Assembly: GCF_963853765.1 (NCBI RefSeq) | Contig: NC_088857.1 | Location: forward strand, 29,698,001-29,762,000 | Direction of reading: 5' to 3' | DNA from: Magallana gigas | Taxonomy: Eukaryota | DNA: 64,000 nucleotides | Shown here: positions 53,619-64,000 of the stretch, one piece after another | Layout of the letters: every line of letters starts with the position of its first letter | How positions within the stretch are numbered: the stretch's first letter is position 1 | Position numbers and translations under genes: made by a program | The notes under the pieces: model-generated | Database searches by the model: none | What the model was told of the DNA's origin: nothing | Seen by the model: the letters and a program-made list of their open reading frames with translations, nothing else

Positions 53619-54405
53619 AAAGATATTTTTTTCCTTTCCAAGTTCATTAATGAAATTAAGTAACTTCTCATCCAAGCACACATCTCCTCCAGGGGCTCCC
53701 GGATAAGAACATTCACTACAAGTGTACCTGTGAATAGATGATAAGTGAATGTTGCAATTGCCTTGTTTCTGTGACATGATAACATGTTAGTCATGGTTTC
53801 AGCGTCTCTGATTCGGTCTCGGCAGACACCATTGTTAGTCTCATCTAAAAGAAAAACATTAAAAATGCAAGCGCCCCAAGTTTGTTTGTTTGTTTTTTTC
53901 AATTTACAAGTTTAATACCCCCACATTTAGTCCAAGTTACCTATCCATATTAACTTTAAGCTGACACTAATTCATGAAAGCATTTGGTCGCCTTATTAGT
54001 TTCGATCGCTCCTCTTCTGCCACTTGGGTATATTTACATTTTACAGTGCCTTTGCCTGTGATAACACTACGTATCGATTTTGCACTATATAACCCATAAT
54101 ACAAATGACGCCAAATTGAGGCGCCGGCGGGGTTTGCTTATTTAATCATACGATGACTTAAAATTATATAAATATAAGTATTGGGGAATCATTCTTTGAA
54201 TATTATGAGGTGATAATTTCGGTCGGGGCGTGATCAAATCTATCATAAAGCCCTTCGGGCTTTAATGGATTTGATAACGCCATAACCAAAATTATCACCT
54301 CATAATACTCAAAGAATGATTCCTTATTCCTTATATATATACCGGTTGAGAAAGTTACGGTCGGTTGCTTTCCGAACGAGGCATTCAGGTTGCACGGACT
54401 TCTTG
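53262..54405 (-). CDS. Peptidase M15/Hedge-domain-like (LAS fold) Zn-binding protein, copy 1; 5' part disrupted or unresolved
   Basis: Exon 53727-53619 (RYTCSECSYPGAPGGDVCLDEKLLNFINELGKEKNIF) splices in phase 0 to exon 53429-53262 (VSSIAGACHSCTSKHYLGLAVDL...NEGSHVHCQF*), giving H-x6-D and HxH motifs. Upstream candidate exons 54405-54343 and 53844 onward are phase-consistent with each other but one frame off from the core. Confidence 0.65.
53472..53613. repeat. (ATCT)n and (GA)n microsatellites in the last intron of the M15-like gene
   Basis: Direct reading (about 53472-53522 and 53573-53613). Confidence 0.9.
54185..54323. repeat. Palindromic element with central aaagccc-ttc-gggcttt hairpin
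   Basis: Arms ggaatcattctttgaatattatgaggtgataattt / aaattatcacctcataatactcaaagaatgattcc. Confidence 0.85.
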
Positions 54406-57400
54406 CTGCATGAAATACACAGTGTAGTGAAATGTTTGTGATAAAGAATAAAGGAAACTACAATTAAGAAAAACACAAAAATTATTTATTCTTTGAAAGA
54501 ATTTCCAAGGTATCCGTATTATTTTCACTCATTGTGCTGCTTTACTTCGCATGCACATCGAACACGTGTGTCGTTCATACAGAGTGCATAACGTCTGCAT
54601 CTTTTTAAAAAACCTGGCGGCACTACATCCATCACAGTAGATAAATGACAGTTAGTCCAAATAAGGAACAACATAACATTGTTTTAACAAAAAACGCTCC
54701 GTTCTAAAATCCATGCGATCAATGACATTGCTCGATCTGCCACAGTGTGTGTGGGTGTTGCGCATGTGCGATGATATGACATACACAGGAAAACGGTCTA
54801 CAATTATCGAGAGGAGTACCTGGACTTTAGTCTGTCTTGTTTCGTCGTTTATTGGATGTTCCTTGCCAGTGCAGTGGTTGTCATATTATTTTTGTTCAAA
54901 ACGCGTTTCTACAAGTCTTTTCGTCCAATATAACGTGTTCGGGTGTATGAAATATCTAAATGCTCATTATATAGGGGTGTGTAGCGATGAGCAGAACAAA
55001 AGAAATCGGCAACTAATATAGCGGTAGTCGGAGATAAAAGGGAAATAACGTGTATTCATAAATTAATGTCAGCTTTAAAATTTCATAAATCCATAGCTTT
55101 AATCGCTATGAACAATGTAGAAAAGACAATGAAAGAAAGATGACTGTAACAGAAAAAAAACTTTGCAGAGACCAGAGAAAAACGTTTGAAAAGGACATCA
55201 TAATTACATTGATCTGCAAGCAGCACGCCCGTTACAAGTATCTTCCATATTCTTATTAGCATACGCAGAATCGACCTTTTTTGAGGGATGGTCCGTCCTC
55301 AATGTAATGTTGGCGTTGTTCAGAATATCACAGGCTAACTCTTTGGATCGAGTGGAACAGACTGGGTCATCACAAAGGGAAGCGTCCGATTGGCTGATAT
55401 ACGAATCCGCAACCCAAAGATTCTGGAATATGAAGAAACTTATTTTGAAACAATATTTGTTGATGATCCAGTTCTCATTCTTTTTCGTATGTGTTTCATG
55501 TCGGTTATCGTGACGTTAGCGGTATAACTGTAACCAAAACTATTACAAAGCCCGAAAGCTTATATGATGAATCGAAGAATTGAGAGTATTAAAAGTCGAT
55601 CTTCATCTAAATGTGATTGTTCGCTTTCTTTAAAAAAAAGACAATGCAAATTTTCATTTATAAATCTAAAATAGGAGTTGTTCTTTTTAATAATGAAAAC
55701 ATTTTTTTGACTTTGGGTCTAGAATGGGTAAAAACCCTGCAGTTTATCATGAAAACAAAGAATTTGATCCATAGTTTGAAAGAAAAATAATTTCCGAGAA
55801 AAAATGTGTCATGATATTGCGTTGTTGCGTTTTACTAGGACATTTTTTTCTTGTTCTGTATGCATAAAAGTTAGATTCGTAATAAAAATGATTATGGGAA
55901 GATTCATAATTTTTTAATCATTAGATATATCATCCCAAGTTCCTAAGACTAATGGCTCTCTCTTAAATTTCTAAAACATACAACCAGCCGTGTATTGCAA
56001 GAACTAAAGTGGAGAATTATTCCCAAGATTTTTTTTTACACACAATCTCTTTTTTTTAAATGTACATTGATTAATAACTAGCTTTTATTTTATTAAATCA
56101 TTAATAGGTAGAGGACTAGATCCCCCTATCTTTCGTGTAAACCGATTATTAAGATAGATCATGTGGTACTTTACTTTCTAATATGTAAGTTGAAACGTAC
56201 TTATTGGTAACTATCGACATACTAAAGAATTATTTTTAGAAGACACATATATACACCGGTATTATAGAAAGGGAAAGATATTAGCTAGCCATACCATTAA
56301 ATGTTTGTTTTTTCCCAATCTATAAATTCTTTATGCAGTATATGCAAATAAATGTATTTCAAACAAGCTTTTTAAATACTTTTCACTACCATTAGTACTA
56401 TGATTATATTTAAAGCTGAACACAACTTGTAAAAAGCATTTTCCGCATATTTCTCTTTCATCGCCGCTATCTCTACATTCCTTTTAAATGTTCAAAGCAT
56501 TTTGCTGTTTAGGTCTCACCTGTGTGTACATTCATATTACATCTCTGTTTTACTCGGTTGCAAAGAAATTATCAAATTCATTCGAACTTTTTCTAAGCTA
56601 GGAGAATACTCAACAAATATACAGGTTAATGCATCATTATATACAAACAAAAAATGCACATAAAACAAGAAATAAATGCATGAAATCAGAGTCCAAGAAA
56701 GGAATACTACACGTCGACGACGGGTTTCAGGTGTGCAATCGGGTGGAACGATATCGAAGGGTTTATATTACATACATGTATCTATGTAACAGTGCCTATT
56801 CACGAGCGTTGCCGCAATGCCGTCTGATAAAGTAACTTAAATTTTTCATGAAATAAGCAACACACAGTCTCGTTTGATGATTTTTTCTAGTGAAAACGAT
56901 TTTAAAAAACCAACTTTTTTGTTGTGTATGGAAATGTACACAGTTATAGACTTAAATATCTAGATATTAAAATAAAAGACACAGTTCTACAGAATACATT
57001 GAACCTCATTCCAACAGCGATGTGTTAGTTGATACCAGATGTATTTGTCACTTTTGAATGGACCGTCAACAATTTTGTAGCAGGAACCCTTCCTAAGTCG
57101 CCCACCAATACCAGCAGTGGTGCTAGCTGCAAAAAAAAAAAAACAAACACGGTTTTTGTCAATAATGCAATCTCACGCAATATTGATGCTACTTGTTCAC
57201 ATAAAACATAAGCAAAAAGATTAAAAAACAATTATGACAGTAATATGTTATCGTAATCAAATAAAGTATTACCTTGCTTACGACCATTGACAGCATTGTT
57301 GACGTTCGACACGCATGCGCACATACCTTTTCTAAATTTAGCTAGTATATAAAAAATACATAAATTTTTAGATAACCAAAACACTTAATTTACAATATAA

Positions 57401-57414
57401 TTTACATTTCAATA

Positions 57415-58563
57415 TTAAAAAAACTTACATGTCCTGAAGGCAAACGAAGTGGAAGAGCAAGAAGGATCGTTACAGCCTTTGATGCCCTGAATTTGCAAGG
57501 TTCTTCCATCCTCCAACGCTAGCGCAACAAGAGTGTTACTTAACCCACGTTCAATCACACTATTCACAGCTTCATTGACATATGCATTATTGTAGGTCTT
57601 GGAAGAAATGACAATATTGACGGGAATTGAGTTAGGGTTACTAAGTTTCGAACTGGAAGATGAAAACATTATATCTGTCGGCCACCCCAAGACATAGGCT
57701 AGTCTCACGCTAATATCTTCTACGTTTTTTTCGGTAAGTTTAGTTTTTGGAGGCTCGATTTCCAGCTGAATGATTCGTTCTGTTTTCTTAGGATAGGAAC
57801 TTGAAAAACAAGTTTTAAAAACCGACCATCCAGACGAAACAGTCTTCGTAAATTCTTCCAATAAAGCATCCTTGATTGTCCAAAACACGCGCAACTGATC
57901 GCTTAGACTCAGATCACAGAAGCTAATGCCAGGTTTAGGGTTTCTATAACAATTTATATGGGACAAGAAGGCAGTTTCTTTTACACTTTGGCATGTCACA
58001 TCCGATTGGGGATACATAACATAAGCTAAACTTTCTTGCAGACACTTCCTCACGGCATCAATCCATACCTTTCCCTTATCAGAAAATCTAGCATATCTGT
58101 CGTCATAGAGCTTGCAATACTTTTCTGCATAAGTTATCGCATACCTTTCGTTGGTAGACTCACACGCTATCCTGGTTTCGAGACATTCTTTATACCACGA
58201 GCAATCAGTTCCTGCAGGGATGTAACATTTTATTGGAACCAAAGAATCACGTGGTTTTATTTCTTTTTGGGGGTCACATTGACAAAGATTTGTTCCATGG
58301 ACTCCCATACCGGAGGTCGCAGAACACTGATGCCAACAGGAGTTTGTGTTCGGGTCGCGACATGTAATTTTGTTGGTTAGACTTTTGATGGTTGATCTCT
58401 TAAGGCACACCGCGGGCTCATAGTTCGAATCTCCGAAAAACACTGATGATACACACTCTGTCTTTCCTTCTGTCCCTTTGCCGTTCTCGCATTGGCATTC
58501 CACAGTCGGAGATAGAATCAGAAGAAAAGAAATAACTTGGAACATAAAGATCAAATTCTCCAT
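57415..58563 (-). CDS. Secreted cysteine-rich protein with stanniocalcin-like domain, 382 aa, single coding exon
   Basis: Uninterrupted ORF (also open to an ATG at 58614). Signal peptide MENLIFMFQVISFLLILSPTVEC. Core DCSWYKECLE..YAEKYC..FSDKGKVWIDAVRKCLQ..CQSVKETAFLSHINCY..FCDL resembles the stanniocalcin AFxxHxxCY..FC pattern. Confidence 0.8.
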   Translation of the reverse strand: MENLIFMFQVISFLLILSPTVECQCENGKGTEGKTECVSSVFFGDSNYEPAVCLKRSTIKSLTNKITCRDPNTNSCWHQCSATSGMGVHGTNLCQCDPQKEIKPRDSLVPIKCYIPAGTDCSWYKECLETRIACESTNERYAITYAEKYCKLYDDRYARFSDKGKVWIDAVRKCLQESLAYVMYPQSDVTCQSVKETAFLSHINCYRNPKPGISFCDLSLSDQLRVFWTIKDALLEEFTKTVSSGWSVFKTCFSSSYPKKTERIIQLEIEPPKTKLTEKNVEDISVRLAYVLGWPTDIMFSSSSSKLSNPNSIPVNIVISSKTYNNAYVNEAVNSVIERGLSNTLVALALEDGRTLQIQGIKGCNDPSCSSTSFAFRTCKFF

Positions 58564-59429
58564 TTTTACGAAACTTCCTGGTTGTAAGCTAAGTGTCATC
58601 AGGATTTTAAACATCCGTTTAAAGGTTTTACTTGCACAATCGATTTAAAGAGCCACAGATTGAAATCATCGATTTCCTAAAATCATAATTAAGTAGCTAC
58701 GCCTTTAAAACAGTTTAACTGTTATTCTTTTAAACGAAATATATTGAATCGTACTGTATTGCATGTGTTTTTTAAAATTTGCTTGATTCACAATGCCTTA
58801 TTGTATATTTCGTTTTCCCACTAACATCTTTCCGGAAAATGGCTATTTAGCAGTCCCTCTACCGGAAAAATGACTATGTAGTTAATTTTTCCTCCACGGA
58901 AAGTCTATTTCCCAAATTTTACAACCAAGTTACCCCACGGAAAGCCTACTATATACCGGTAGTAAATCCCCCCCCCCCTTTCTTCCATTCCGGTCAGGTT
59001 TATGGCGGATCGTTTGTGACAATATTTTGCAATTTCTGAAATGACATTGATTACTCAAATGAAGGGTAATTAACGCTTACTAGCTCCTCTCAAAAACTAC
59101 TTTGTTAATCTTACGTAATTAATGATTACGTAATTAAAGGAATTTAAAATATGTTTTCAAACATTTGCATACTTAGAAATAACATCTAGCGTATTAATAT
59201 TATTATTATAATTTATAAAGCGCACAATTTTAAAAATAAAAATGCAATCATTGGCGCCGTAAGTACAAAAAAGAACCCCATATATCTGTTATACATGCAG
59301 AATACATGCAGAATTTTAAAAATGTTGTGTAAGAAGAGTTCACAGGTTTTATTTTTTGTTTTGTTTGTTTGTTTTTAAATGCACATAATTATTTAAAAGC
59401 ACACCTATAATAATTTTTTTTTAGCTGGC

Positions 59430-61330
59430 GCTTAAAAGTAGTCTGTCGGCAATTCATTCCAAACGGTAGGTCCTGATATTGCGAATGACATGACAGCAAA
59501 GGTTTTGCGTAAGAGCTTATGTAGAGCTATCACTCGACAAGCACAAGTTTTACAGAACAATTTTGCAATAACTGCAACCTTTGGATGGTACATTCCGGCA
59601 ATCCGTACAAGACACTGTTGGCATAGTCCAGATGGCTAGTAACTAAGGACTGTAATATTTGCTTACACGAGTCTTCAGTAAGGTATTGGCAAATATGGTT
59701 GATTTAGACCAATTTCAAGGATATTGTTTTTCATTTTTCGCTAATTTTCTTAAAGTTAAATGTTCATCTAGATAACAACCGAGATATTTAATACACATAG
59801 ATGAATTTGCACGAGCACCCACAACATTTATGGAAGTGGAAGAGGACAAAGATATCATCTGCTGCCTTCCAAATAACAAAAATTCAGTTTAACTTGAGTT
59901 AAGTTTCAATCTGTTTACTAGATTTATCCAGTCAATGATATTAACTAAGACGTTTTCTAAATTTGTTATTACACGTTTTTCATCTACAAATGCCTTTGGA
60001 TTGAAACTTTCATATGCGGAGTGGTCATCGGCATAACCTAATAAGAAGACCCCCGAGTCTTTGAGGAACTGTTGTAGAGTGCTTGCGTATACAGTGTAGA
60101 GCGCAGGTCCACATATACTGCCTTGTGATACTGAAAATTCCAGTCATCTAGGCTGAGATTTAGACGCATTAATAGACACTTCCCCCCTCAATGAGGAAAG
60201 GTACGATTGAAACCAATCAAGTGCTGACTCAGTATGGAGTTCTCAACCGTATCTAATGCAGCGGAAAGATCTCATGCGACTAAGGCGGTGACTTCCTGCT
60301 TCTCCAATTCCCACAGAATGTCTGATGATAGTTTTAGAAGAGCTGTTCCGGTACTGAACCACTCTTATATGCACTTTGATAATCAGGTAGCAGCTTATTC
60401 GATTCGAGATATTTAATAAACTGGTTTAAAGCACACTTTTCGACAATTTTTGAGAGGTAACTTAAATTACTCACCGACCGATAATTTTCAAAACTACACC
60501 CAAACTGTTCCTTTTCAATGGGGGTTTAATAATTGCTGTTTTCCATTCATTTGCAAAATCACCCGGTGTTAGGGGTTTTAATAACTATGTATGTAATTAT
60601 TGGCAATAACACCTCGGAAAATTGCTTGATCAGTTTTGATGGGACTGGGTCAGTTGGGTAGGTAGTGGACTTTGAGTTGTTGATCACACCTTACACATCT
60701 TCGTCTGATCCTGAATCAAAATGTTTAAAGTCATTGTGCACTTAGATCCAAGATTTGGGTCAAAATTTTTAAAATTATCTAAAGTTTTGCGAATAGCAAG
60801 AATTTTATCCACAAAGAATGAACCAAATTCGCCTGCTAGTGATTCGTCGCTAATGTTTGGCGGCATTGGATTACTATTAGTTCTACCTATCAATCCAAAC
60901 TCAAGTTTATACATTGTGGATGCATCTTTTCCAAACTCGGTAATATATGTTCCGAGTTGATATGCTTGGCATGTATTTGTTGTATCTGAGATGTTTTCTA
61001 TAGGCCCGTTTGGCACATCGAAAGACCATCATTGTCTGCAGTCTTGTTCCCTTCCTCCTATCTTCTTTCCGCTGACCAACAGCGCATCTTTAGATGACAT
61101 GATTCATCTGTAAACCATGGTAACGTCGGTCGGATCGTAACTAATTTCTCTTTTTCTCTTTTTCAGGAACACGTTCGTCCAAGATATTTCGGAGTTCAGA
61201 ATTGTAAAACTTTGCTTAATCTTCCAACTTTTCATGTTTGGTTGCAATTTCATAGATCGTTCATAAACTGTGTCGAATTTAAAGCACTGAGTTTCCGAAC
61301 TTTCCTCGATTTCCTAATTATCTTAGGCTT
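59430..61330 (-). mobile_element. Decayed L2/CR1-group LINE (RT with many stops and frameshifts)
   Basis: Minus-strand remnants GPALYTVYAS, LGYADDHS (60024-60038), KYLGCYLDEHL, SHLDYANSVLYG and GPTVWNELP. Confidence 0.85.
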
Positions 61331-61407
61331 GGGTAGAGATATATAGGTATCACAAATTTCAAAATTTTCGATTGGTTCGGACAAAACAATTTTATCGTTG
61401 TTTCGTG

Positions 61408-61443
<36 letters not shown>

Positions 61444-61607
61444 AAAGAAATAAAGCATTCATATTTCTAAAGTATGAAATGTCTACAATTCTTACACAGA
61501 GAGGAAAAACACACTTTGCATTTCAGATCTAAAGATATCCTCATGGTACAAAAGAAAAAGAAGTAGTAATTCATGTTTATCACAAAATGCGTTTAGTGAC
61601 TTTTTAC

Positions 61608-61775
61608 TCAAAATTGACAGTGAACATGAGTCCCTTCGTTGAGGGGTTTGCCCGACAAATTTGTACACTTCTGCATGTAATAGTTGTAGTCATCAGATCT
61701 GCGACTTAAGTCAACGGCAAGGCCAAGGTAATGTCTGGATTTACAGGAGTGACAGGCGCCAGCTATGGAGCTCAC
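61608..61775 (-). CDS. Terminal exon of a second M15/Hedge-like gene copy (upstream exons not found in window)
   Basis: VSSIAGACHSCKSRHYLGLAVDLSRRSDDYNYYMQKCTNLSGKPLNEGTHVHCQF*. It differs from 53429-53262 at four nucleotides. Acceptor context and about 150 bp of 3' UTR are also duplicated. Confidence 0.7.
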   Translation of the reverse strand: MSSIAGACHSCKSRHYLGLAVDLSRRSDDYNYYMQKCTNLSGKPLNEGTHVHCQF

Positions 61776-61800
61776 CTGTTGATTAAAATATAGAAATTTG

Positions 61801-61878
<78 letters not shown>
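61801..61878. repeat. (ATCT)n microsatellite (another at about 61405-61442)
   Basis: Direct reading. Confidence 0.95.
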
Positions 61879-62369
61879 GAAGAACCAGCACTGTCTCACA
61901 TCTACCGAGTATGATTCCCTCTATTTCTTACGGATGCTTATAATAGTTAATTAGTTTAAGAAATAAACAGCTACATGTAAATCACCGGGGTGTGAACTTT
62001 GTTGGTCACGTGATCAAATCCCGTGAAGCCCGATATACATCTTTTAGATACATGTAAATGAGTAACAAGAAAAATAAACAGAGAGGAATTTTGATAAGTG
62101 ACTACGGATTGGACCTTTTCTTATAAGGGAAAGGAGGGTATTAAATGTTAACATTTAATGCCCAGTCAGACAATTTTTGGGGGCGGACCTTAAATTATAT
62201 GCCACCTGTCACCGGCAAATAATTTCCGTCATGTTTTTTGTCATATTTATGGTTTTCCTCTCCTTTTGAAAAATATGAGCTCTATATTTCTATTGAAGCT
62301 ACCGACCCATACTTGTTTAATAATTCAATTTTAATACATATCATCTTAAATTATTATTGATGTGCCCAA

Positions 62370-63246
62370 CAGAGTTGGGGTCAATTACTTTGAAAAGTAA
62401 TTAATTACTTTCAAATACATTGACAATTTTATCAATTACTTGCAATTACAATTACATTGATTTTTTAAAATGTAATTAATTACTCTCAATTACTTTGATA
62501 AATGTAATTAATTACATTTCAATTACTTTAGTTTTATTTTTTTAAATCTTGAGAACAGATACATATATTAACAACATTAAGATATACAGGGCTTTATGTA
62601 CAGTTATGTTTTTAAAGGTTGTATAGTTCAGTTCAGATCAGATTTCTTGAAATTTTTCTTTAAAATTAAATTCATTAAGTACCATTGAGTTCATTTTTGG
62701 TTCTGAATAATATTTTCTCTATGGTGAATTAATTTTTATTCACATATTAAAACTATGTTTATTCAGAAAGTACAAAATTCGGCAGTACAGCATATCAGTA
62801 TATAAATAATAATTGCTATAATTCACAAGAATGAGATATTTTGATTCCCTTGAGTCTAAAATCAATTGGGGATCTTGGGTATTGGACGAGTTCACACCTC
62901 CACAAAAATAGATCTTTACCTATTGCTATGGGCAGTGTGTCATGCTGTATAAACATATGAAACATTATGGGACATTTAATTATTGTATAAACAAAAGTCC
63001 ATGCCAAAAATGTATAAAATCTATTTACCATTAGAAGACACCTTCATTATAGTTTAAACTTGGAAAAAAGTAATTGGGATGTAATTGAAAAGTAATTGAA
63101 AATACACAATATTTTTGGAATGTGTTTAAATACATTCAATTACTTGTAACTGAAGACAGACTCAATTACCAATTACTTTCAATTACTTTGAAAAATGTAA
63201 TTAATTACACTCAATTACAAATACTTTTTCAATTACCCCATCCCTG
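62370..63246. mobile_element. hAT-type non-autonomous element with caattac subterminal repeats
   Basis: Ends cagagttggggtcaatt / aattaccccatccctg. The 8-bp TSD gtgcccaa lies at 62362-62369 and 63247-63254. Confidence 0.9.
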
Positions 63247-63384
63247 GTGCCCAAATCTATAGCCGGAAAATTATCACACTGTTTAAAAAACTAAGAACCG
63301 GATACCAGAACCACTGGGTCTACCTTAACAAGACCTTAGACTTTTCATAGAATAAATCTATTTCCTAAATCAAAAGAAGTTAAA

Positions 63385-63900
63385 AACAAGAGGCCCATGG
63401 GGCCACATCGCTCACATGAGCAACAATGGGCGTTCAAAAAATATTGTGCCATATGGTCCCTCGGTAGAATAACAAAAAATAAATATTGTAAAATATTCGA
63501 ATTTTACACTTATTTTTGCATACACATAATCTTTGACATTGTACCTTCATGAAATACTATTTTTTACCAGAATAAGAAAATCCTACGCAAGATATAAAAC
63601 TAAACATTTGGTAGGGGTACACTGTTAAGTTGTTAACTTCCAATTCCCTATATTTTCGTTCTGCCCCCCCCCCCCAACTTTGTAAAGCGATCAAAATATA
63701 TGAGAGCATATAGGTACATTTTTTTCATCAACTACTTAATAACTAGTTAGTGTATTTTATTTAAAAAATCCTACATGTATAGATGTGAAAAAGAAAATTA
63801 TACCTCAATGTGCTCAATTCCTCAAATTAAAAACATTCAAAAATTTAATTTGTCTTCTCCATTATAATTAAATGACTGTTATTTACCTCGCGTACAAACC
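63385..63900. mobile_element. Probable end of a non-autonomous Helitron/Helentron-like repeat
   Basis: Begins aacaagaggcccatggggccacatcgctcacatgag, a terminus I recall from abundant bivalve repeats. The other boundary is not defined. Confidence 0.4.
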
Positions 63901-64000
63901 AGGATAATTTTACGCTGTGATATTTTCTTAGGAATAGCAATAATATTACTTTATCCCCGCAACAGAAATGTGTCAGAACTATGGAAACTGTTTTGAAGAT

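Noticed and set aside
53262-53727. A true hedgehog gene
   Set aside because: The ORF stops directly after HVHCQF with no Hint autoprocessing domain, and no CGPG-type N-terminus was seen.
60684-61016. 110-aa ORF as a host gene
   Set aside because: Fragment of the decayed LINE ORF2 upstream of its RT domain.
1-64000. rRNA, tRNA or prokaryotic operon features
   Set aside because: No cloverleaf or rRNA-like sequence was recognised by eye, and the genes have spliceosomal introns. A tRNAscan/Infernal run would be needed to exclude small ncRNAs.

Overview
AT-rich eukaryotic genomic DNA with spliceosomal introns and two short assembly gaps (36669-36797, 37554-37681). The repeat and gene content suggests a bivalve mollusc, probably an oyster (inference). 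All gene models were built by hand from GT/AG sites and frame continuity. From left to right the window holds: a recent 5'-truncated CR1-group LINE with an 11-bp TSD; a 2-exon CARD-like/coiled-coil gene (+); a CCDC73-like gene (-) head-to-head with RIOK3 (+); cathepsin B (-) with TATA and CLEAR-like motifs; and a large type-I receptor gene (+) encoding signal peptide, F-type-lectin-like domain, EGF-like repeats, TM and an ITAM-pattern tail. The receptor stalk is built from duplicated symmetric exons and pseudoexons, and one intron carries a second LINE. Further right are a truncated DIRS-type gag ORF; two near-identical copies of an exon encoding the Zn-binding core of a Hedge/peptidase-M15 (LAS) fold without a Hint domain; an intronless secreted stanniocalcin-like ORF between those copies; a decayed L2/CR1 LINE; and many MITEs, palindromic elements and microsatellites. 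The most interesting items are the duplicated M15/Hedge-like peptidase and the modular lectin-EGF-ITAM receptor.
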